A stretch of 64,000 nucleotides of DNA. It comes from Chloroflexota bacterium. Lineage in GTDB: Bacteria > Chloroflexota > JAHJIN01. Shown here in pieces: positions 34,269-42,080 of the stretch. Below the pieces are notes generated by a model, which was given only the letters and a program-made list of their open reading frames with translations, did not search any database and was not told the DNA's origin. The stretch lies in the NCBI GenBank assembly GCA_018823415.1, contig JAHJIN010000185.1, forward strand, positions 46,880 through 110,879, given 5' to 3'. The position numbers and the translations under genes are program-made. How positions within the stretch are numbered: the first letter of the stretch is position 1; the number at the start of each line of letters is the position of its first letter.

Positions 34269-34312
34269 TGTAACTCCCCTGTAACACCTCTGTAACGGCC
34301 TTGGGGTATCAT
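34269..34312 (+). promoter_or_regulatory. direct-repeat (TGTAAC x3, 11-bp phasing) activator-type promoter of the reductase/phaC operon
   Basis: TGTAAC at 34269-74, 34280-85 and 34291-96. TATCAT 34307-12 (16 nt after the start of the last repeat). Confidence 0.6.
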
Positions 34313-34354
34313 GGAAGGGAAATACCAAAGCCCAATCCCCAACAAGGAGACCCC

Positions 34355-35119
34355 ATGCGCTTAAAAGACCGAGTCGTGCTCATCACCGGCGGGGCGGCCG
34401 GCATCGGCCGGGCCACCGCCGAGCGTTTCGCCGAGGAAGGCGCCATCATTGTGCTGTGCGACCTGATGGAGGAAGCCGGCCGGGAGGCTGCCGCTGGCCT
34501 GGGGCCGGACGCGGCGTTCTACAAGGTGGACGTGACCAACCGCCAGGCCGTCCAGGAATGGGCCGACGCCGTGTTCGCCCGCTATGGCCGCATCGACGTG
34601 CTGGTGAACAACGCCGGCGTCCTCCGCGACGGCCAACTGGTCAAGTTCAAGGAAGGCCAGGTGGTGGGCCAGATGCCGGAACGGGATTTCGACCTGGTCA
34701 TCGCCGTCAACCTCAAGGGCGTGTTCAACTGCACCCAGGCCGTGGCCCCGTATATGATCCAGAGCGGCGGCGGCGTGATCCTCAACGCCTCGTCCGTGGT
34801 GGGGCTGGACGGCAACTTTGGGCAGACCAACTATGTCGCCACCAAGTCCGGCGTCATCGGCATGACCAAGGTGTGGGCCCGGGAGCTGGGCCGCTACAAC
34901 ATCCGGGTCAACGCCGTGGCCCCGGGCTTTACCCTCACCGAGATGGTGCGCCAGATGCCCGAAAAGGTGCTGGATGGCATGAAGGCCCGCACGCCCCTGG
35001 GCCGCCTGGGCGAGCCGCGCGACATCGCCAATGCCTACCTGTTCCTGGCATCCGACGAGGCCAGTTATGTCTCCGGCGCGGTGCTCCGGGTGGACGGCGG
35101 CATTGTGGTGGGGACGTGA
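34355..35119 (+). CDS. fabG: SDR 3-oxoacyl reductase (FabG / acetoacetyl-CoA reductase PhaB-like)
   Basis: ATG after [15 protein letters not shown] cofactor motif, NNAG, and YVATKSG (YxxxK). Confidence 0.85.
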   Translation: MRLKDRVVLITGGAAGIGRATAERFAEEGAIIVLCDLMEEAGREAAAGLGPDAAFYKVDVTNRQAVQEWADAVFARYGRIDVLVNNAGVLRDGQLVKFKEGQVVGQMPERDFDLVIAVNLKGVFNCTQAVAPYMIQSGGGVILNASSVVGLDGNFGQTNYVATKSGVIGMTKVWARELGRYNIRVNAVAPGFTLTEMVRQMPEKVLDGMKARTPLGRLGEPRDIANAYLFLASDEASYVSGAVLRVDGGIVVGT

Positions 35120-35128
35120 GAGAGACTG

Positions 35129-35188
35129 GAGATAGAGACATGAGATAGAGTAGTACACAAAAGACTCTCTATCTCCCCTCTCTATCTC
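35129..35188. repeat. perfectly symmetric palindrome made of two GAGATAGAGA modules and their inverted copies
   Basis: gagatagaga 35129-38, gagatagag(t) 35142-51, 14-nt centre (35152-35165), tctctatctc 35166-75 and 35179-88. Likely hairpin, terminator or attenuator between fabG and phaC. Confidence 0.8.
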
Positions 35189-35212
35189 TATCCCGCCCAC
35201 CGAGAGTGTGGC

Positions 35213-36988
35213 ATGGACGACCGATCCGCAAATCCCGCAGCTTCCTCCCCCTGGCGCGCCTGGCTGGAAAACCCCTGGACCCAGGCGTGGGTGGGGTGGC
35301 AGCGGCTGCTGTGGGCCAGCCATCCCCTGAGCCGGCTGGTGCCGCTGGACGTGGACGAGGTCTATCGCGCGTTTGCGGTCCTGGGCGACGACCTGGCGGC
35401 AAACCCGGACAAGCTCGTGGCCCGCACCGCCGACCTGCTGCGCAGCTATAACGAGCTGGCGCTGTGGAGCCTGCGCCGGGGCCTGGACGCCGAGCCGGCC
35501 GACGAGCTGGTGACGCCGGACAAAAAGGACCGCCGCTTCCGGGATGAGGCCTGGGCCAATAACCTGGTTTTCAGCGTGCTCAAACAATCGTACCTGGTGC
35601 TGTCTCAATGGCTGGTGGCGGCCTCGGAGGACGTGGAGGGCCTGGAGCCGCTGGAGCGCCAGCGGACCAACTTTTACATGCGCCAGTTCGTGGACACGGT
35701 CAGCCCCACCAATTATCTGTTGACCAACCCCACGGCCCTGCGCGAGACGCTGGACACCGGCGGCGAGAACCTGCGCCGGGGCTTGCAGAACCTCCTGGAC
35801 GACCTGGAACGCGGCGAGGTCAAGATCGCCGGCAAGGAGCAGTTTACCGTGGGCCAGGACCTGGCCCTCACGCCGGGGCAGGTGATCTATCGCAACGACC
35901 TTATCGAGCTGATCCAGTACGCGCCGGCGGCCGAGCAGGTCCACGCCGTGCCGATGCTCATCATCCCACCCTGGATCAACAAGTACTATATCATGGACGT
36001 CCGGCCCGGGCGCAGCATGGTGGAGTACCTGGCACAGCAGGGGTTCACGGTGTTCCTGATGAGCTGGCGCAACCCCACCCCGGCCATGCAGGACCTGAGC
36101 ATGGAAGACTATTTACGGCTCGGCCCCCTGAGCGCGCTGGAGGTGGTCCAGGCCATCAGCGGATCATCTCGCGTCAACTGGATCGGCTACTGCCTGGGCG
36201 GCACGCTGCTGGCCATCACCCTGGCCTACCTGGCCGCCATTGGGGACGATTCGACCAACTGTGCCACGTTTTTCACCACCCTGCAAGACTTTTCCGAGGT
36301 GGGCGAGACCTCGCTGTTCGTCACACCCGAGTGGATCACCGAGGTGGAGCGGCGCATGGACGACAAGGGCTACCTGGACGGGCTGGAACTCAGTTCAGTG
36401 TTCAAGCTCATGCGCGCCAATGACCTGATCTGGGGCTTTGTGGTGAACAATTATCTGCTGGGCCAGGAGCCCATGCCCTTTGACCTGCTGTATTGGAGCG
36501 TGGACCGCACGCGCATGCCCCGGGCCATGCACTCGTTCTACCTGCGCAACATGTACGTGGAGAACAACCTGGTCCAGCCGGGCCGCCTGGAATTCCTGGG
36601 CCAGGGCATCGACCTGGGCCGAGTCCGCTGCCCCAGCTATGTGGTGGCGACGGTGGAAGACTATATCGTGCCCTGGCCGGCCGCGCACAAGGCGGCTGCG
36701 CTTTTCTCTGGTCCCGTGCGCCGCGTCCTGAGCGCCGGCGGTCATCAAACCGGCATCATCAACCCGCCGTCGGACCGGGTCTTTTACCTGACCAACGAGT
36801 CAGACACGGCCGATGCGGACGCTGACGAGTGGCTCCAGTCTGCCACGCGCCACGCCGGTAGCTGGTGGCCGGACTGGATGGCCTGGCTGGGCGAGCAGTC
36901 GGGGGAAAAGCAGGCACCCCCGTCGATGGGCAACGAGGCGTATCCGCCGCTGGCGGCCGCGCCGGGCACGTACGTCTTGGAGGAATGA
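35213..36988 (+). CDS. phaC: class I-like poly(3-hydroxyalkanoate) synthase (second copy)
   Basis: DRRFRDEAW, lipase box IGYCLGG, DYIVPW. Collinear with the 27515 protein. Confidence 0.85.
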   Translation: MDDRSANPAASSPWRAWLENPWTQAWVGWQRLLWASHPLSRLVPLDVDEVYRAFAVLGDDLAANPDKLVARTADLLRSYNELALWSLRRGLDAEPADELVTPDKKDRRFRDEAWANNLVFSVLKQSYLVLSQWLVAASEDVEGLEPLERQRTNFYMRQFVDTVSPTNYLLTNPTALRETLDTGGENLRRGLQNLLDDLERGEVKIAGKEQFTVGQDLALTPGQVIYRNDLIELIQYAPAAEQVHAVPMLIIPPWINKYYIMDVRPGRSMVEYLAQQGFTVFLMSWRNPTPAMQDLSMEDYLRLGPLSALEVVQAISGSSRVNWIGYCLGGTLLAITLAYLAAIGDDSTNCATFFTTLQDFSEVGETSLFVTPEWITEVERRMDDKGYLDGLELSSVFKLMRANDLIWGFVVNNYLLGQEPMPFDLLYWSVDRTRMPRAMHSFYLRNMYVENNLVQPGRLEFLGQGIDLGRVRCPSYVVATVEDYIVPWPAAHKAAALFSGPVRRVLSAGGHQTGIINPPSDRVFYLTNESDTADADADEWLQSATRHAGSWWPDWMAWLGEQSGEKQAPPSMGNEAYPPLAAAPGTYVLEE

Positions 36989-37416
36989 TAGAGATGGGAG
37001 ATAGAGATAGGGATGGGGGTCAAGTTCGAGCGGCTGGAGACATGGCAGCGGGCGATTGACTTTGCCAACGAGATGTTTGACATCGCGGACGCGCTGCCCC
37101 AACGGCACCAGTTCTCACTGGGCGAGCAACTGCGAAGGGCTGCTCTCAGCATCCCCACCAACATCGCTGAGGGGACCGGCCGAGACAACCCCCGGGAATC
37201 CCGCTATTTCTATCGTATCAGCAAAGGCTCGCTATACGAATGCGTGAGTTTGCTGGTGATGTTTGGCAAGCGCGGACACCTGGAGCGTGATGCATATCAG
37301 CAGCATCGAGCCGAGGCCGACGAACTCGCCTCCATGATCACCGGCCTCATCCGCGCCCAAGGTAGAGACAGAGACAAAAGATAGAGATCTCTCTATCTCT
37401 ATCGCCCATCTCTATC
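36987..37416 (+). mobile_element. inverted-repeat-bounded cassette carrying a four-helix-bundle ORF (IVS-like architecture)
   Basis: Left arm GATAGAGATGGGAGATAGAGATAG (36987-37010). The reverse complement of the right arm (37393-37416) is GATAGAGATGGGCGATAGAGATAG, a 23/24 match. Confidence 0.45.
37013..37384 (+). CDS. four-helix-bundle protein (23S rRNA intervening-sequence protein family)
   Basis: ERLETWQRAIDFANEMF...SLGEQLRRAALSIPTNIAEG...FYRISKGSLYEC are family hallmarks. Confidence 0.8.
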   Translation: MGVKFERLETWQRAIDFANEMFDIADALPQRHQFSLGEQLRRAALSIPTNIAEGTGRDNPRESRYFYRISKGSLYECVSLLVMFGKRGHLERDAYQQHRAEADELASMITGLIRAQGRDRDKR

Positions 37417-37433
37417 CTATTTGAGGAGATCTC

Positions 37434-39890
37434 ATGAACCCACAAGAGCTATACAGGCAAAAACACCTCTCCATCCCCGAGGCGGTCTCACTGGTGCATT
37501 CGCATCAGACCATCGTGGGGGCGATGGCGGCGTCCGAGCCGCCGGGCCTGCTGGGCGAGCTGGGTCGGCACAAGGACCGGCTGGAAGACGTGACGGTGTG
37601 CGTCTGCCTGCCCATGCGGCATTATGACTTTGTGCTTGAGCCCGAGATGGCCGGGCACTTTTTCGTGGAGAACTGGTTTTACGGCGCGCCGGACCGCGAG
37701 GTGCATCCCCAGGGCCGCACCTCCTACATCCCCAACAACCTCCACGCCGCCGCCCGGGGCAAGCTGGCCGCGCTGGGCAATCACCTGGACATTTTCTGGG
37801 GCACGGCCACCCCACCGGACAAGCGTGGGTTCATGTCCCTCTCGCTGGGGCTGGTCATCGAAAAGCAGATCATGGAAGCCGCCGACATGGTGGTGCTCGA
37901 GATCAACGAGAACCTGCCCTGGACTCTGGGCGATACCCAGGTGCACATTTCGGAAGTGGACGCAGTGGTAGAGAACCACGTGCCCCTGTTCGAGCTGCCC
38001 CCCGGGCCGTCCGCCGACTGGGAGCGTGCCATTGGCGGCTATATCGCTGAACTCATTGAGGACGGTGCCACGCTCCAACTCGGCATCGGTGGCATTCCCA
38101 ATGCCATCGCCGCGTTCCTGATGGAGCGGCGCGACCTGGGCGTCCACACCGAGATGTTTACCGACGGCATGGTGGACCTGTACGAGGCCGGCGTCATCAC
38201 CGGCCGGCGCAAAACCCTGTGGAAGGGCAAGATGGTGGGGGCCTTTGCCCTGGGCACTCGCAAGCTCTATGATTTCATGGACAACAACCTGTGTGTCGAG
38301 TTCCAGCAGGGCTATGTCACCAACGACCCTTATGTCATCTCCCGGAACCACAAGATGGTGAGCGTGAACACGGCCCTTCAGGTGGACCTGTACGGCCAGG
38401 TGTGCTCGCAGAGCATTGGGGCGCGGCATTATAGCGGCACCGGTGGCCAGCTCGACACGCACCGGGGCGCGCAGATGTCCCCCGGCGGGCGTGGAATCAT
38501 TGCCCTACGGTCCACGGCCCGGAAAGGCACCGTCTCCACCATCGTCCCCATGTTGAGCGAGGGCGCGGGCGTGACGGTGCCCAGCCAGGACATAGACACC
38601 GTCGTCACCGAGTATGGCGTGGCCGAGCTCAAGGGCCGCAGCGTCAAGGACCGCATGGAGGCGTTGATCCGGGTGGCGCACCCCGACTTTCGGCCCTGGA
38701 TCCGCGAGGAAGCCGAGCGATTGAACATCGTGCCGCGCCTGGTGGTGCCGGGTTACGAGCTGACCAAACCCACTCTCAAAGCCACCGCGCCCGGCGTCAC
38801 CGCCGGGTCCATCAAGCTGGGCACTTTTTGCGACCTGTCCGGTCCCAACGCTGCCATTGGCATGGCCGCATTCCGGGGCTATTCCACGTATTACGAGTAC
38901 GTGAACCACTGGGGCGGCGTGCACGGTCGGCAGATCGAGCTCGTCGTCAAGGACGATGGCTTTGATCCTACGCGCACCCGGCTGGCGGTGATGGAACTGG
39001 TCACGCAGGACGAGGTGTTTGCCGTCGTCAACCCGTTGGGCACGCCCACCAACCTGGCCGTGCTGGACTATTTGTTGGAAAAGCAGATCCCGGTCATCTC
39101 GCCGCACAGCGGGGTGTCGGCCTGGTCGGCGCCGCTCAAGCCCACCTATTTCGCGCTCCAGCCTTCGTACCACGTGGAAGGGCAGATATTGGCCCAGTAC
39201 GCGCTGGACGAGTTGGGGGCCCGGCGCATTGCTGTGCTGGCGGTGAACGACCGTTTTGGGCAAGAAGGTTCCACGGCGTTCCTGGGCGAATTGGCGCAGG
39301 CCGGCGTGCGGCCGGTGCTCACGCTCACCCATCCCATCCTGGAATCCACCCCCGACCGGTGGATAGCCGAGCTGGCCGCCCACGAGCCGGACCTGGTGCT
39401 GCTGTACACCTATGTCAAGCCGGCCGCCGACCTGCTGCGCGCGGCGCAAGTCGCCGGGTTCACCCCGCAATGGCTGGGCAGCTATGTTCTCTCCGGGCCA
39501 GACCTGTTCCAGTTTGCCGGGGCCGAGGCCGCCAACGGCGTGCGTACCACCAGCTACCCGGCCGGGCCGCGCGACCATCGCGGCGAAACCCTGTTCCAAA
39601 AGCTCATGGCGCGTGGCGCCCCGTGCGACACCGAAATGGCCGGGCCGCACAGCCGTATTGGCTACGCGGCAGCGCAACTGGTGGTAGAGGGCCTCAAGCG
39701 CGCCGGACCGGACCTCACCCGCGATGGCTTGATCCAGGCCCTGGAAAGCTTGCAGGACTGGACCGGTGGCCTGCTGCCGCCCATCAGCTATAGCTCGACC
39801 GACCATCGGGGGTTGACGGCGCTGGCCCTGCAACGGGCACGGAACGGACAATGGCTGGTGGAAAACGGATTGCTCAAACTGCGCGAGTGA
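37434..39890 (+). CDS. acetyl-CoA hydrolase/4-hydroxybutyrate CoA-transferase domain fused to a type I periplasmic-binding-protein (LivK-like) domain
   Basis: Residues 1 to about 430 are the CoA-transferase family (...GIGGIPNA..., ...EYGVAELKGRS...). From IKLGTFCDLSGPNAAIGMAAFRGY onward it is Peripla_BP_6-like. No signal peptide, single uninterrupted frame. Confidence 0.75.
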   Translation: MNPQELYRQKHLSIPEAVSLVHSHQTIVGAMAASEPPGLLGELGRHKDRLEDVTVCVCLPMRHYDFVLEPEMAGHFFVENWFYGAPDREVHPQGRTSYIPNNLHAAARGKLAALGNHLDIFWGTATPPDKRGFMSLSLGLVIEKQIMEAADMVVLEINENLPWTLGDTQVHISEVDAVVENHVPLFELPPGPSADWERAIGGYIAELIEDGATLQLGIGGIPNAIAAFLMERRDLGVHTEMFTDGMVDLYEAGVITGRRKTLWKGKMVGAFALGTRKLYDFMDNNLCVEFQQGYVTNDPYVISRNHKMVSVNTALQVDLYGQVCSQSIGARHYSGTGGQLDTHRGAQMSPGGRGIIALRSTARKGTVSTIVPMLSEGAGVTVPSQDIDTVVTEYGVAELKGRSVKDRMEALIRVAHPDFRPWIREEAERLNIVPRLVVPGYELTKPTLKATAPGVTAGSIKLGTFCDLSGPNAAIGMAAFRGYSTYYEYVNHWGGVHGRQIELVVKDDGFDPTRTRLAVMELVTQDEVFAVVNPLGTPTNLAVLDYLLEKQIPVISPHSGVSAWSAPLKPTYFALQPSYHVEGQILAQYALDELGARRIAVLAVNDRFGQEGSTAFLGELAQAGVRPVLTLTHPILESTPDRWIAELAAHEPDLVLLYTYVKPAADLLRAAQVAGFTPQWLGSYVLSGPDLFQFAGAEAANGVRTTSYPAGPRDHRGETLFQKLMARGAPCDTEMAGPHSRIGYAAAQLVVEGLKRAGPDLTRDGLIQALESLQDWTGGLLPPISYSSTDHRGLTALALQRARNGQWLVENGLLKLRE

Positions 39891-39893
39891 GAC

Positions 39894-39931
39894 GTCCACA
39901 CACACAGTGGGCTGCGCCGGACACTGCGTGT
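39894..39931 (+). repeat. REP-like hairpin element (intergenic copy)
   Basis: acacacagtg-ggctgcgccgga-cactgcgtgt (10-bp stem with 1 mismatch). 31 nt identical to 30080-30110. Confidence 0.8.
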
Positions 39932-39991
39932 AATGCGTGAACAACTAGGCCTTACGCCTTGCGTTTTACCCACTATGAAACAGGAGGACAC

Positions 39992-40996
39992 ATGGCTCGA
40001 TACGGCACCATTATCGGCACGGGGCACTATCTCCCGGAGACAAAGGTCACTAACGAAGAGCTAAAAGCACGGATGGGCCAGATCAATCCGGCCCTGGCAG
40101 ACGTCATCGACAAGTTCGAGGAGTCGAGTGGCATCCGGCAGCGCTGGTACGCCCCTCGCGACTGGGTCACGTCTGACATTGCGCTGCCGGCCGCGCAGGC
40201 TGCGCTCCGGGCCGCCGGCATCAAGCCCGAGCAACTGGACATGATCCTGCTGGGCACCGATACGCCCGACTATATCACGCCGGCCACCTCCGTGGTGTTG
40301 CAGCACAAGCTGGGGGCGGTGAACGCCGGCACCTATGACATCGGTTGCGCCTGTGCCAGTTTCCCCACCGGCGTCGCCGCCGCGTCCGGGCTCATCACCA
40401 CCAACACCTGGGTCAAGTACGTGCTGGTGGTGGGCGTGTACATGATGAGCAAGCTGGCCGACCCCAACGACCCGGCCGTGTTTTTCTATGGCGACGGGGC
40501 CGGGGCTGCCGTCCTGGCCGTCGATTCCAAGCCAGGGTTCATCACCTCTGCCTATCTGGCCGACGGTGCGTACCACAGCTATTGGGGCATCTATTCGGGC
40601 GGCACCTACGAGCCGGCCACGGTCGAGGCGGTCCAGGCCGGGCGCACCCAGGTGCGCATCACCAACCGCTACCCGCCCGAAGTCAACCATGACAACTGGC
40701 CGCGCCTCGTGCGCATGCTGGCCGAGCGCGGCGATTTTGCCGTGTCCGACATTGACGTGGCTCTCTTTACCCAGGTCCGGCTGCCGTCCATCAAGTTGGT
40801 GATGGAAACGGTGGGCCTGCCCCTGGCAAAGACCCACTGGATCATGGAAGACTGGGGCTATACCGGGTCGGCCTGCATCCCCATGTGCCTGGACGACGCC
40901 ATCCAGAAGGGCAAGGTCAAGTCCGGCGACCTGGTGGTGCTGGTGGGTTCGGGCGTGGGCTATAACCAGGCCGGCGTCGCCCTGCGCATGCCATAA
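39992..40996 (+). CDS. KAS III (FabH-like) condensing enzyme
   Basis: ATG after AGGAGG. TGHYLPE..., active-site region DIGCACASF, GSGVGY C-terminus. Confidence 0.8.
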   Translation: MARYGTIIGTGHYLPETKVTNEELKARMGQINPALADVIDKFEESSGIRQRWYAPRDWVTSDIALPAAQAALRAAGIKPEQLDMILLGTDTPDYITPATSVVLQHKLGAVNAGTYDIGCACASFPTGVAAASGLITTNTWVKYVLVVGVYMMSKLADPNDPAVFFYGDGAGAAVLAVDSKPGFITSAYLADGAYHSYWGIYSGGTYEPATVEAVQAGRTQVRITNRYPPEVNHDNWPRLVRMLAERGDFAVSDIDVALFTQVRLPSIKLVMETVGLPLAKTHWIMEDWGYTGSACIPMCLDDAIQKGKVKSGDLVVLVGSGVGYNQAGVALRMP

Positions 40997-41006
40997 GGAG
41001 GTTCTC

Positions 41007-42080
41007 ATGGACAAACAGATCCCCAACGTACTGCCCGGCATCACGTCACAGATGGTGGATACGCCGCGTCTGCAAATGCACGTGCTATCCTGTGGTCCGG
41101 TCGACGGCGAACCGGTGGTATTTATCCACGGCAACTTTTCGTCGGCCACGTACTATGAAGAGACCATGCTGGCCATGCCGCCGCGCTATCGCTGCCTGGC
41201 CCCGGACCTGCGCGGCTATGGCCTCACGGAAGACAAGCTCATTGACGCTGCTCGGGGCGCGCGCGATTGGAGCGACGACCTGGACGCCCTGTTCACGACC
41301 CTGGGGCTGGGCAAGGTGCACTTGCTGGGCTGGTCGCTGGGAGCTGGCCCGGTCCTGCAATACCTGATCGACCACCCGGCCAAGGTCGCCAGCATCACCC
41401 TGTTGGACCCCATCTCGCCCTATGGCTTTGGCGGCACCCGGGAACTGGACGGGCAGTCCTGCTTCCCTGACTATGCCGGGGCCGGTGGCGGCGTGGTCAA
41501 CCCCGAATTTGTGGGGCGCATTGCCGCCAGCGACCGCACCGACGAGGACCCCAACTCGCCGCGCAACATCATCAACGCCTTCTACTACAAGCCACCGTTC
41601 CGCGCCGCCCGCGAGGAGGATTTTCTCAGTGCGTCCCTGCTGGAGCGGACCGGCGAGCAGAAATATCCCGGCGACATGGTCCCCTCGGCCAACTGGCCCA
41701 ACGTGGCCCCGGGCGATTTCGGGCCGATCAATGCCACGTCGCCCAAGCATTTTGACGTCAGCGGCATTGTGGACGCGATGCCCAAGCCGCCCATCCTGTG
41801 GGTGCGCGGTTCCGACGACCAGGTGGTGGGCGATGCGTCCATGTTTGACATTGGCACCTTGGGCAAGCTGGGCTTTGTGCCCGGCTGGCCGGGCGACGAG
41901 GTCTATCCGCCTCAGCCGATGGTGAGCCAGACCCGGGCCGTGCTCGAGCAGTACGCGGCCGGTGGCGGGCGCTACCAGGAGCACGTTATCCAGGACGCCG
42001 CTCACGGCCCGCACATCGAAAAGCCGTCCGAGTTCAACGCGGTCTTGCACCAGTTTCTGGCCCAGGCAGGAGCCGACTAG
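41007..42080 (+). CDS. alpha/beta hydrolase
   Basis: VVFIHGNFSS..., GWSLGA nucleophile elbow, ...AAHGPHIEKP. Confidence 0.75.
   Translation: MDKQIPNVLPGITSQMVDTPRLQMHVLSCGPVDGEPVVFIHGNFSSATYYEETMLAMPPRYRCLAPDLRGYGLTEDKLIDAARGARDWSDDLDALFTTLGLGKVHLLGWSLGAGPVLQYLIDHPAKVASITLLDPISPYGFGGTRELDGQSCFPDYAGAGGGVVNPEFVGRIAASDRTDEDPNSPRNIINAFYYKPPFRAAREEDFLSASLLERTGEQKYPGDMVPSANWPNVAPGDFGPINATSPKHFDVSGIVDAMPKPPILWVRGSDDQVVGDASMFDIGTLGKLGFVPGWPGDEVYPPQPMVSQTRAVLEQYAAGGGRYQEHVIQDAAHGPHIEKPSEFNAVLHQFLAQAGAD

Noticed and set aside
33257-34328. Long versions of the small ORFs in the track (33257-33766, 169 aa; 33861-34328, 155 aa)
   Set aside because: The N-terminal extensions run across the mapped promoters and terminators and are not conserved between paralogs. 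The conserved MRY(Q/E)KP start has a good RBS in all three units.
39925-39991. Possible SARP-type repeats (TGTAAT/TGAACA) upstream of the FabH-like gene
   Set aside because: Repeat sequence and spacing do not match the 11-bp NGTAAC pattern. No TAYCAT box lies at the fixed 16-nt distance.
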